From NCBI GenBank assembly GCA_022820995.1, contig JAJEEM010000061.1:12582-76581 (forward strand): a DNA stretch of 64,000 nucleotides, written 5' to 3'. A program made the position numbers and the translations under genes. The notes below the pieces were generated by a model. It was not told the DNA's origin. It worked only from the letters and a program-made list of their open reading frames with translations, and ran no database searches. Shown here piece after piece: positions 49,366-58,840 of this stretch (its first letter is position 1; each line of letters opens with the position of its first letter). The stretch comes from Gemmatimonadota bacterium (lineage in GTDB: Bacteria > Gemmatimonadota > Gemmatimonadetes > Palauibacterales > Palauibacteraceae).

Positions 49366-51432
49366 GTGAAGTTCACCCCAATCGAAGGATCCGACATGTC
49401 CGCAGTGACGAAGAAACGCGACGAGACCCGTTTCACCGCTCGCCTCGCGACGGTGCTCGCCGGCGCGATCGCCGTGGGAGGGTTCGCCGGCTGTGCATAC
49501 CAGTCGGCGCAGACCGGCATGGCCACCGCTCCCGCAGCGGCGGCCGCCGCGCCCACGGGGCTTCAGGTGAATCCGCCCACGCCGGACCCGCGGATCGGAC
49601 TCGCGCCCGGCATGTTCGACGCGGGCGAGGCGATCTGGAACCTCGACCTCGTGTCCACCACGCCCCCGCCGGACCCGTTCGTGGGCAAGACGAACTCCGA
49701 TCTCGCCTTTTCCGGTCCGTACGCGATCCAGGGGAACTACGACGGCATCCAGATCTGGGACATCTCCGATCCCGCCAACCCGCAGACCGTCGTCACGTAC
49801 GTCTGTCCCGCGTCCCAGAGCGACGTCTCCGTGTACGAGAACCTCCTGTTCGTCTCGGGCGAGGGGTTCGGCGGGCGGCTGGACTGCGGTGCGCAGGGCG
49901 TGGAGGAAGCCGTGAGCCACGACCGGCTCCGCGGCATCCGGATCTTCGACATCTCCGATATCACGGCGCCGGAATACGTGGCGAACGTCCAGACGTGCCG
50001 CGGGTCGCACACGCACACGCTGCTGGAACACCCCGGGGATGACGAGAACGTCTACATCTACGTCTCCGGCTCGGCGCCGGTGCGCCCGGCCGAGGAACTC
50101 GCCGGCTGCTCGGCCGCGCCGCCGGCCGAGGATCCGAACTCGGCGCTCTTCCGCATCGAGGTCATCCGCGTACCGCTCGCCGACCCGGCCAGCGCCGAAA
50201 TCGTGAGTTCGCCCCGCATCTTCGAAGACCTGGTGGCGCCCCCGACCCACGGCCCGGCGCCCGACGACATCGCCGCGATCGAGGCGGCCCGGGAGCGCGG
50301 CGCCTTCATCATTGAGGTGCAGGGGCAGGAGATGGTGATGCCCGATCAGGCCGCCGCGCAGATGCTCGGGCAGTTCGTGGCCCAGCGCGGCGGCGAGGGC
50401 CCGCCGACCGCGGCCGACAGCGCGGCGCTGCGGGAGGCGCTGCCCGCGATCGTGGCGCAGATGATGGGACCGCAGGGAGATGGAGACGGCCCGGAGCCCG
50501 GTCCGACGCAGTGCCACGACATCACGGTCTATCCCGCCATCGGCCTCGCCGGCGGGGCCTGCGAGGGCTACGGCATGCTGATCGACATCAGCGATCCGGA
50601 GAACCCGCGGCGACTGTCTGCGGTGGCCGACTCGAACTTCTCCTACTGGCACTCGGCCACATTCAACAACGACGGCACCGCCATCCTGTTCACGGACGAG
50701 TGGGGCGGCGGCGGCGCGCCGAAGTGCCGTGCCTCGGACCCGATGGAGTGGGGCGCGAACGCGATCTTCACCATCGAGGGCACGGAGATGGAGTTCCAGA
50801 GCTATTTCAAGCTGCCCGCGCCACAGACGCCCGAGGAGAACTGCGTGGCCCACAACGGGTCGCTGATCCCGATCCCGGGCCGCGACATCATGATCCAGGG
50901 CTGGTACCAGGGCGGAGTCTCGCTCATCGACTGGACCGACGCGGCGAACCCGGCCGAGATCGCCTACTTCGATCGCGGTCCGGTAGACGGCAGCCAGATG
51001 CAGATGGGCGGCAGCTGGTCCGTCTACTGGTACAACGGCGTCATCGTCAACTCCGAGATCGCCCGCGGCCTCGACATCCTCGAGCTGGTCCCGAGCGAGG
51101 CCCTCACGCAGAACGAGATCGACGCCGCCAACTCCGTTCAGTTGACGCACCTGAACTCGCAGGGTCAGCCGATCTTCGAATGGCCCGCGACGTTCGCGCT
51201 CGCGAGGGCCTACCTCGACCAGTTGGAGCGGCACGGCGGGCTCTCCGCCGCGAGGATCGGCGCGATCCGCGCTGAACTCTCCGGAGCCGAGGGGATGTCG
51301 GGCTCGGGACGCTCGGGGGCGCTCCGGTCGCTGGCCGACGCCGTGTCCGGCGACGCCGGCGGAGCGGGAGACGCCGCGAAGGTCCGCATGCTGGCCGATG
51401 CGGTCCGGGCCCTCGCGAACGCGGGGATGTAG
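49366..51432 (+). CDS. LVIVD-repeat beta-propeller surface protein, lipoprotein
   Basis: Repeated 'GIQIWDISDP', 'GIRIFDISD', 'MLIDISDPENP', 'VSLIDWTD', 'LDILELVP' units (LVIVD repeat pattern). Lipobox 'GFAGC'. The start may be at the internal MSAVTKK. Confidence 0.6.
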   Translation: MKFTPIEGSDMSAVTKKRDETRFTARLATVLAGAIAVGGFAGCAYQSAQTGMATAPAAAAAAPTGLQVNPPTPDPRIGLAPGMFDAGEAIWNLDLVSTTPPPDPFVGKTNSDLAFSGPYAIQGNYDGIQIWDISDPANPQTVVTYVCPASQSDVSVYENLLFVSGEGFGGRLDCGAQGVEEAVSHDRLRGIRIFDISDITAPEYVANVQTCRGSHTHTLLEHPGDDENVYIYVSGSAPVRPAEELAGCSAAPPAEDPNSALFRIEVIRVPLADPASAEIVSSPRIFEDLVAPPTHGPAPDDIAAIEAARERGAFIIEVQGQEMVMPDQAAAQMLGQFVAQRGGEGPPTAADSAALREALPAIVAQMMGPQGDGDGPEPGPTQCHDITVYPAIGLAGGACEGYGMLIDISDPENPRRLSAVADSNFSYWHSATFNNDGTAILFTDEWGGGGAPKCRASDPMEWGANAIFTIEGTEMEFQSYFKLPAPQTPEENCVAHNGSLIPIPGRDIMIQGWYQGGVSLIDWTDAANPAEIAYFDRGPVDGSQMQMGGSWSVYWYNGVIVNSEIARGLDILELVPSEALTQNEIDAANSVQLTHLNSQGQPIFEWPATFALARAYLDQLERHGGLSAARIGAIRAELSGAEGMSGSGRSGALRSLADAVSGDAGGAGDAAKVRMLADAVRALANAGM

Positions 51433-51465
51433 GGACAGCGGGGGGCGCCCGGCCCGGTCCCGGAC

Positions 51466-51828
51466 ATGCCCGTTTTGATCGAAGCCCCGGCCGTCATCGA
51501 GGCGGCCGGGAACAAGCCCAAGCGCATCGAGGAGTTCGCCGGCCGAGTGCGGACGGAACACGAAGCCGTCAGCGTGGCGCGCATGGTGGCGCCCTCCGGG
51601 TGGGTCGAACCGGGTCAGCGTCCCGAGTTCGAGGAGATCACCGTCGTGCTGAAGGGATCACTGCGCGTAGAGCACGAAGGCGGCGCCCTGGACGTGGAAG
51701 CCGGCCAGGCGGTCGTGACGCACGCCGGCGAATGGGTCCGCTACAGCACGCCGGGCCCCGAAGGCGCCGAGTACATCGCCATCTGCCTCCCCGCCTTCTC
51801 CCCCGACACCGTCCACCGCGATCCCTAA
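51466..51828 (+). CDS. Cupin-domain protein
   Basis: About 120 aa with the two-motif cupin pattern ('EEITVVLKGSLRVEHEG...AGEWVRYS'). Confidence 0.6.
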   Translation: MPVLIEAPAVIEAAGNKPKRIEEFAGRVRTEHEAVSVARMVAPSGWVEPGQRPEFEEITVVLKGSLRVEHEGGALDVEAGQAVVTHAGEWVRYSTPGPEGAEYIAICLPAFSPDTVHRDP

Positions 51829-52673
51829 CCCGGGGGACGTTCCCAGCGAACGTGGGGTACGTCCCGGAATCGTTTCGCCATCACCTCGAGCGCTTCCGGG
51901 TTGTCGTCGACAAGGAGGAAGTCGCGCCCGAGTTCGTGGGCGGCCATCCCGGTCGTGCCGCTGCCGGCGAAGAAATCCAGCACGAGGTCACCGGGGTTCG
52001 ATGAGGCCGTGATGATGCGGCGCAGGATTCCGAGCGGCTTCTGGGTCGGATACCCCGTCCTCTCCGCGCCGCTCGTGGGGACGATCGTGTGCCACCACGT
52101 GTCCGTTGGGAGCTTGCCGCGCGCGGCCTTCTCCGGGCCCACCAGGCCGGGAGCCATGTACGGGATGCGCTCGATCTCGTCCACGTTGAAGACATAATTC
52201 GACAAGTCCTTCACATAGAACAGGATGTTGTCGTGCTTCGCCGGCCACCGCGTCTTCGGTCGCGCGCCGTAGTCGTACGCCCAGATGATCTCGTTCAGGA
52301 GATGGTCGGGCCCGAACAGGTCGTCGAGGAAGAGCCGGCAGCGGTGCACTTCCCGGTAGTCGACGTGGAGATAGAACGACCCGTGTGGGGCGAGGACGCG
52401 GTACGCCTCGACGAGCCGGGGCCCGAGGAACGCCAGGTAATCGTCGAACCGGTCATCGAACCGGCGCGTGCCCACCGCGGTCGTCTCGTAGCGCGCCCCC
52501 TGGAAGCCGGTCCGGTCCCCGTCCTCGCCATGTGAAGCGCGACGCGTCCTGATCCGGGTCCGCCGCTGCGTCCGGCCGGTGTTGAAGGGCGGGTCGATGT
52601 AAATGAGATCCGCGTGGCCGTCCGGCATGCCCCGGAGCGCCTCCAGGTTGTCCGCCAGCATGATCGTGGGCAT
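51825..52673 (-). CDS. Site-specific DNA methyltransferase, beta-class (N6-adenine or N4-cytosine), solitary
   Basis: Motif IV 'DLIYIDPPFN' precedes motif I 'LVLDFFAGSGTTGMAAHELGR' (the beta permutation). No restriction endonuclease gene adjacent. Start trimmed to MPTIM. Confidence 0.8.
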   Translation of the reverse strand: MPTIMLADNLEALRGMPDGHADLIYIDPPFNTGRTQRRTRIRTRRASHGEDGDRTGFQGARYETTAVGTRRFDDRFDDYLAFLGPRLVEAYRVLAPHGSFYLHVDYREVHRCRLFLDDLFGPDHLLNEIIWAYDYGARPKTRWPAKHDNILFYVKDLSNYVFNVDEIERIPYMAPGLVGPEKAARGKLPTDTWWHTIVPTSGAERTGYPTQKPLGILRRIITASSNPGDLVLDFFAGSGTTGMAAHELGRDFLLVDDNPEALEVMAKRFRDVPHVRWERPPG

Positions 52674-53041
52674 GGGGACCTTTCGGGCGATGCTCCGCAC
52701 GTCGCAGGAAGAGGGCAGTAGTCCACCGAAGCTAGGGCAGCCGCGCGGACGTCTCAACGCGCTGACGGAAGTGACGCCCATTGCCCGTTCGGGCGGCCGC
52801 GCGCCGCGATCAGCAGGCCCCCCGGGAGCCTGGTCCGGTCCCCTGCGTCACCACCGAGGGTCTCGTGACGCATCGCTGAATCGGATCGTGTCATGGCTGC
52901 CCCCGTTGCCCGTCGGGGACGAGTGGGCCACGATGGTGGCGCGAAAGATCGATCGTTCGAATCGCGGTTGGACCGCCTCGGCGTCCGGCCGCCCCAGACG
53001 CTGGACATGCGCCGCGCGACGGCGCCGCACCGGAGACGCCA

Positions 53042-54304
53042 ATGGAATACGATCCCACGCTTCCCTGGTACCGACGCCTTCACTGGCAGGTGCTGTCCGC
53101 CATGATCCTTGGTCTCGGCGTGGGCTGGGCCTTCGGGTTGCCCGCAGCCAACGCGATCGGCTGGATCGGCGAGCTGTTCATGAAGCTGCTCCGGATGATC
53201 ATCGTGCCGCTCGTGCTCACGTCGATCGTGTCCGGGGTCGCCTCCGTGGGCGGGGGACGGGCGATCGGCCGCCTGTTCGGCAAGACGATGGGCTACTACG
53301 TGTTGTCGAGCATGCTGGCGGCGCTGACCGGACTCCTGATGGTGAACCTCATCCGGCCGGGGCAAAACGCCGACATGGGTGCGGCGGCCCAACAGGAGGT
53401 CCCGGAACTCAGCACGCCGGACTCTCCGGTCGAACTGATCCTCGACATCGTTCCGAACAACTTCTTCGCCGCCGCATCGGCGGGCGACATGCTGGCGATC
53501 ATCTTCTTCTGCATCGTCTTCGGCGCGGCGATCACCGGGTTGCCGGAGAAGCCCCGCGTGGTGGTCACCGACATCTTCAACGCCTTTTTCCAGGCGATGA
53601 TGGCGCTCACGTCCGGGATCATTAAGTTCCTCCCCATCGGTGTCTTCGCGCTCATCACGAAGATGGTGGGGGAGACCGGCTTCGACCGCTTCGCCGCGCT
53701 CGCGAAGTACTTCGCCACGATCGGGTCGGGGCTCACGATCCACCTCTTCATCACGATGCCCCTCCTGCTCATCGTGCTGGGCCGCATCAAGCCGCTGGTC
53801 CACTTCGCGAACCTGCGCGAGCCGCTCCTGACCGCGTTCTCGACGAGTTCGTCGGGCGCGACGCTCCCGGTCACGATCAAGACGCTGCGCGAAAAGGTCG
53901 GCGTTTCGAACAAGGTCTCCTCGTTCGTGCTCCCGATGGGGGCCACCGTGAACATGGACGGCACGGCGATCTTCGAGTGCGCCGGCGCCCTCTTCATCGC
54001 GCAGGTGCTCGGGGTCGACCTCACCATCGGGCAGCAGGCGATCGTCGTCCTCACGGCGCTCCTCGCCTCGATCGGCGCGGCGGCGGTGCCCTCGGCCGGC
54101 GTCGTCGTGATCTTCATCGTCCTGAACGCGATCGGCCTCGGCGACAATCCGGAGGCGATCACGATCGTGGGCGCGATGCTCGCCATCGACCGGCCGCTCG
54201 ACATGTACCGCACCGCGGTCAACGTCTTCAGCGACTCGTGCGGCGCCGCGATCATCGCCCGTTCCGAAGGGGAGGAGGGGGTAGACACCGAAGTCCGGCA
54301 CTGA
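53042..54304 (+). CDS. Dicarboxylate/amino-acid:cation symporter (DAACS, GltP/DctA family)
   Basis: Conserved 'SSSGATLP' (HP1-like) and 'NMDGTA' motifs with the 8 TM + 2 hairpin architecture. Confidence 0.85.
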   Translation: MEYDPTLPWYRRLHWQVLSAMILGLGVGWAFGLPAANAIGWIGELFMKLLRMIIVPLVLTSIVSGVASVGGGRAIGRLFGKTMGYYVLSSMLAALTGLLMVNLIRPGQNADMGAAAQQEVPELSTPDSPVELILDIVPNNFFAAASAGDMLAIIFFCIVFGAAITGLPEKPRVVVTDIFNAFFQAMMALTSGIIKFLPIGVFALITKMVGETGFDRFAALAKYFATIGSGLTIHLFITMPLLLIVLGRIKPLVHFANLREPLLTAFSTSSSGATLPVTIKTLREKVGVSNKVSSFVLPMGATVNMDGTAIFECAGALFIAQVLGVDLTIGQQAIVVLTALLASIGAAAVPSAGVVVIFIVLNAIGLGDNPEAITIVGAMLAIDRPLDMYRTAVNVFSDSCGAAIIARSEGEEGVDTEVRH

Positions 54305-54351
54305 CGGCGTGTCGCTCGGCCGCAAGCGCCGAACGGCAGGGGAGAAACGCG

Positions 54352-55281
54352 ATGAAGCGAATTCTGGTTCCGCTGGACGGTTCCGACTTCTCGGAGCGGG
54401 CGCTCGATCCGGCGGCGGCCCTTGCGATCCGGGACGGAGCGGAGATTCGCCTCCTGTCCGTCGTCCCTACCGAGCCGCCGATTCCGCTTGCCTTCGCGGA
54501 CCCCACGCTCCTGGGGAACTGGGTGGATGAAGAGGGCGCTCGCAGGCGGGACTACGTAGAGCGGACGGCCGCCGGGGCGGCCCGCTCAGGAGAGTGCCGC
54601 GTCGAGGCCCTCGTGCGCGTGGGGAAGGTGGACGCGGCCATCCGGGAGGTTGCCGAAGAGTTCGACGTCGATCTCGTCGTGGCGACGACGCATGGCCGGG
54701 GAGCGTTCCAGCGGGCCTGGCTCGGCAGCACGGCGGACCGGCTGCTGCGCAGTCTGGAGCGCCCGCTCCTCCTCCTTCCGCCGACGCCGGCCGACGCGGA
54801 CCGGTTCTCGGAGGCGGAGGTCCGTCACGTGCTCGTTCCCCTGGACGGTTCAAAGGCGGCGGAAGCCGCCCTCGACGCGCTGCCCCTGGTGCTTCCGGGA
54901 TCGGCGGGCGTCCGGCTCACGCTCGCGACCGTCGTTGAAGAAGGGTTTGCGCTCCCGGCGGCCTACCTTCCTAACGCGATCTCCGAGGAATCGGCTCGCG
55001 ACGAGCGCAGGAAGAAAGCGGCGGCCTACCTGGCCGGGATCTCGCGGCGAGTGGAGGAGGGCGGCCTCGGCGTCCCGGACACGCATGTGCTCACGGCGGA
55101 CAGCGCGGCGCACGGCCTGCTTCGCTACTGCAAGGAGGCCGACGTCGACATGATCGCCCTCTCGACGCATGGGAGGGGCGGCGTTTCCCGGTTCGCCGTG
55201 GGCAGCGTCGCCGACAAGCTGGTTCGGGGCGCCGGGATCCCCGTCCTGGTCATCCGGCGTCCCCGGGACGAGAACCCGTGA
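54352..55281 (+). CDS. Tandem universal stress protein (UspA) domains
   Basis: Two repeats of 'ILVPLDGS...' through 'DLVVATTHGRG / DMIALSTHGRGGVSRFAVGSVADKLV...PVLVI' (ATP-binding Usp motif). Confidence 0.8.
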   Translation: MKRILVPLDGSDFSERALDPAAALAIRDGAEIRLLSVVPTEPPIPLAFADPTLLGNWVDEEGARRRDYVERTAAGAARSGECRVEALVRVGKVDAAIREVAEEFDVDLVVATTHGRGAFQRAWLGSTADRLLRSLERPLLLLPPTPADADRFSEAEVRHVLVPLDGSKAAEAALDALPLVLPGSAGVRLTLATVVEEGFALPAAYLPNAISEESARDERRKKAAAYLAGISRRVEEGGLGVPDTHVLTADSAAHGLLRYCKEADVDMIALSTHGRGGVSRFAVGSVADKLVRGAGIPVLVIRRPRDENP

Positions 55282-55303
55282 GGGCCTGACACAGGGAGAT
55301 CGG

Positions 55304-56758
55304 ATGCCGGATCGCAGGGAGTTTCTGAGCCTGGCAGGCGTCGGCGGGGGGAGCGCGCTCCTCGGCGCCTGCGCGGGAGGGGGCTCGTTCGACGCCGGCC
55401 GGGCCGGGGCCGAGGGACTGGATCCGACGGCCCGGGCGCTGCTGGACGAGTTGCGTGAGATCCCGGTCGACGACACGCACTGTCACCCGCTCACCTTCGA
55501 CGACGCGCAGACGGACCCCGACGCGTTCGTCGAGCGGCTGGCGCTCTCCGCCTTCCCCATGGACCGCTACTTCCCGGCGGGCGTCTACCAGCGCTGGCGG
55601 GCCGGAGACGCGGCGGAGCGGAGCGCGCTCGACGCCGAATTCGACATCGCCCCCACGCGGGCGCGCGTCCTCGAACAGGCGGGGGAGACCGTCTTCCTCC
55701 GCTATCTCGTGAAGGAACTCGCCGCCTTCCTCGACTGCGACGCGACCTTCGAGGCGGTGATCGAGGCCCGGAACGAGAGGGGCGCGGACTACGCGAGCTA
55801 CCTCGGCGCCCTGTTCGCCGACGCGAACATCGAGAACGCGATGCTCGACATGGGCTACCGCGAGGGGATGGACCAGGACGGCGTGACGCGCTTCAAGGAC
55901 GCGATCGCCCCCACACGCGGCCGTCACATCCTGCGCGTCGACACGATCCTCGGCGGCCTCATGCGCGACGACCTCGACCTCGGCATCGACGAGATCGAGA
56001 CGCGGATGATGGCCGAGATCGAGGCCGGCCTGGATGGCAACGGCAACCTCGGCGCTCCCTCGTACGGGATGAAGTCGTACCTGCTACCGCGACTGGGGTT
56101 GCTGAAGCCGCACTTCGACCGGGCCGCGACCCGCCGTTCGTGGGACGCGTTCCGGGCCCTCCGCGCGCGTGGCGAGGTCCCCGCGGCCGACGCCCGGGAC
56201 CGCGACGACTACTGGCAGATGCAGAGCGAGGCCCTCCTCTACCTGCACTCGCTCGCGCTCGAAGCCTGCCTCGAACGGGACATGCCGATGCAGTTCCACG
56301 CCGGCGACGGCGAGGCCCCGCGCGGGATCATGCGGAACCAGGATCCCTTCCTCATGGAGGAGATGGTCCGCTTCGAGCGCGGCGGCGTGATGCGCATGCC
56401 GCAGGTCATCCTCATCCACGCCGGTTACCCGCTGATCGGCCAGGCCGCGTGGCTGACCCACCTGTACGCGAACTGCCACTTCGAACTGTCGCTCGCCGCG
56501 CCCCTCATCCACCACGGGATGCTGCGCATGTTCCTCGAGGTGATGGAGGTCGTCCCCCTCTCGAAGATCCTGTTCGGGAGCGACGCCTATCACCTGCCGG
56601 AGTTCTACTGGCTCGCGGCCAAATGGGGCCGGCGATTCCTCGCGCAGGCGCTCGGGATCTACGTGGATGCCGGAATCCTGACCCGCGACGAGGCCGTGGC
56701 GGCCGCGCGCATGATCCTGCACGAGAACAACCGCCGCCTCTACCACCTCGACGGTTAG
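55304..56758 (+). CDS. Amidohydrolase-2 (ACMSD/LigW-like TIM-barrel) family protein, Tat-signal
   Basis: 'RREFLSLAGVGG' Tat motif. 'DTHCHP' N-terminal metal motif, 'QFHAGDGE' and C-terminal 'GSDAYH' ligand pattern typical of Amidohydro_2. Confidence 0.7.
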   Translation: MPDRREFLSLAGVGGGSALLGACAGGGSFDAGRAGAEGLDPTARALLDELREIPVDDTHCHPLTFDDAQTDPDAFVERLALSAFPMDRYFPAGVYQRWRAGDAAERSALDAEFDIAPTRARVLEQAGETVFLRYLVKELAAFLDCDATFEAVIEARNERGADYASYLGALFADANIENAMLDMGYREGMDQDGVTRFKDAIAPTRGRHILRVDTILGGLMRDDLDLGIDEIETRMMAEIEAGLDGNGNLGAPSYGMKSYLLPRLGLLKPHFDRAATRRSWDAFRALRARGEVPAADARDRDDYWQMQSEALLYLHSLALEACLERDMPMQFHAGDGEAPRGIMRNQDPFLMEEMVRFERGGVMRMPQVILIHAGYPLIGQAAWLTHLYANCHFELSLAAPLIHHGMLRMFLEVMEVVPLSKILFGSDAYHLPEFYWLAAKWGRRFLAQALGIYVDAGILTRDEAVAAARMILHENNRRLYHLDG

Positions 56759-56833
56759 CCGAAAGCCTCTCCACGTTCAGGCACGACTACAAACCGTCGC
56801 CGTCGCAGAGTTGCGATTCCGATTGCAAGGACG

Positions 56834-57079
56834 TTGCAAACAAGATCGTACAGACGTTGCAAATCCGATCATCACAACGGCCGCTGGGCCGCCTTCGAAG
56901 TCAAGTTGGGTACGCACCGGATCGACGACGCTGCCAGGGGCCTGCTCAAGTTCGCGCAGCGGGTGGATACGGACCGGTGTGGAGAACCGGCGGCCCTCTG
57001 CATTATCGTTCACGATGGCTACGCATACGAACGTGCGGACGGTGTCGCCGTAATCCCCGTCGCGGCCCTTGGACCGTAG
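56834..57079 (+). pseudogene. C-terminal fragment of a COG1373/DUF4143 AAA+ ATPase gene (gene remnant)
   Basis: 81-aa ORF '...WAAFEVKLGTHRIDDAARGLLKFAQRVDTDRCGEPAALCIIVHDGYAYERADGVAVIPVAALGP' matches only the extreme C-terminus (DUF4143 end, '...V.iPl.aL') of about 400-aa COG1373 ATPases. It lies in a locally low-GC stretch with short direct repeats. Confidence 0.45.
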
Positions 57080-57139
57080 CGGTCCGTCCCTCCCGCCGCC
57101 GGGCGGAGCGCCGCCGCACCATCGATGGAGGACGACGCA

Positions 57140-58803
57140 TGAAGACGATCGACCGCGCCATCCGAAGCGCGCTGACCGCCATTTCGGCGCTGATCCTGCT
57201 GGCCACCACGGCCGCGGCCGTGCAGCCGGCGCAGATGGTCGGGGCTCCGGACCGGGGCCCGGACGAGGGCGACGGACCGTACGACCGCCTCATCATCCGC
57301 GGCGCCACCGTGATCGACGGCACCGGCGCGCCCCCCATCGGGCCGATGGACATCGTCATCGAGGGGAACCGCATCGTCGACGTCCGCGGCGTCGGCGTCC
57401 CGCAGCGGCCCATCGATGAGTCGCGGCGTCCCGGACTCGCGGTCGAGAGCAACCCGGACGCGATCGTGCATGAAATCGACGCGACCGGCATGTACGTCCT
57501 GCCGGGCTTCGTCGACCTCCACCTGCACACCGGCGGCGTCCCCAAGGCGCCCGAGGCCGAGTACACGTACAAGCTGTGGATGTCGCACGGGATCACGACC
57601 GGGCGCGGCGTCGCCTTCGGCCCCCACGACTGGTCCGTGCAGGAGAAGGCCCGGAGCGCGGCGAACGAGATCGTGGCCCCCCGCATGTGGGTCTATCCCT
57701 TCACCGGCGCGGGCGGCGAGGGATGGGGAGGCCGCATCATCGACACCCCGGAGGACGCGCGGGACTGGGTCCGGTACGTGAAGGAGTCGGGCGGCGACGG
57801 ACTCAAGCTCAACTCGTTCCGCCCGGAGATCATGGAGGCGCTGCTCGACGAGGCCGCCCGGCTCGGACTCGGCAGCACGGCGCACCTGGGACAGATGGGC
57901 GTCGCGCAGATGAACGCGCTCGACGCCGCGCGCCTCGGCCTCGGCACCGTCACGCACTTCTACGGCCTGTTCGAGGCGCTGTACAAGGACTACGACGTCC
58001 AGCCGTGGCCCCCCGAGATGAACTACAACGACGAGCAGCACCGCTTCGGCCAGGTCCCGAGGCAGTGGAACCTGATCCACGAGCGCGGCAGCCCCGAGTG
58101 GACCGCCTTTCTCGAGGAGATGCTCTCGCACGACGTCACCCTGGACCCGACGATGACCGCCTACCAGGCGAGCTGGGACGTGGACGACCAGATGTACGCC
58201 CCGTGGCACGAGACCTACACGCTGCCGACGCTGTGGGAGTTCTACGAGGCGAACCGGGAGGATCACGGCTCCTACTACTTCGACTGGACGACGTGGGAGG
58301 AGGTCGCCTGGCGCAACTTCCTCGAGGTGTGGCACGACCTGCTCAACGACTACAAGAACATGGGCGGCCGCGTCACGGCGAGTTCGGACGCGGGCTACAT
58401 CTACAACCTCATGGGCTTCTCCACGATCCAGGAGATGGAACTTCTGCAGCACGCCGGGTTCCATCCGCTGGAGGTGATCCGCGCCGCGACCATGCACGCG
58501 GCCGAGACGCTGTTCAAGCCGACGGGCCGCCCCATCGAGTTCGGCGTCGTGCGCCGCGGCCTGCTGGCGGACCTCGTGATCGTGGACGAGAACCCGATCC
58601 ACAATCTGAAGGTCCTGTACGGGACCGGCGCCCGGCGCCTGAACGACGAGACGGGAGAGGTGGAGACGGTCGGCGGCATCCTCTACACGATCAAGGACGG
58701 CATCGTCTACGACGCGAAGCAATTGCTCGCCGACGTGGCCGAGATGGTCGAGGAACAGAAGCGCACCACGACCACCACCACCCAAGGCGGGGAAACAGGA
58801 TGA
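57140..58803 (+). CDS. Amidohydrolase-superfamily metallo-hydrolase, exported
   Basis: Signal peptide and a 'VDLHLHT' HxH metal motif. Large TIM-barrel with Thr-rich C-terminal tail (TTTTTQGGETG). Confidence 0.75.
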
Positions 58804-58840
58804 CCAGACACTTGACCGCTCGTTCCAATACCCTCCGCGC

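Noticed and set aside
48181-51561. 1126-aa minus-strand ORF spanning the DUF305/LVIVD region
   Set aside because: Arg/Gly-rich, no domains. Three good plus-strand genes occupy the interval.
52673-53042. Checked the 369-bp leader upstream of the DAACS symporter for a riboswitch (e.g. glycine) and for tRNA-like structure
   Set aside because: No recognisable conserved riboswitch core sequences or cloverleaf-compatible segments were seen by eye. Would need Infernal/Rfam to be sure.
52754-58785. 523-aa (52754-54325) and 588-aa (57019-58785) minus-strand ORFs
   Set aside because: Antisense to the DAACS transporter and amidohydrolase genes. Charged low-complexity translations.
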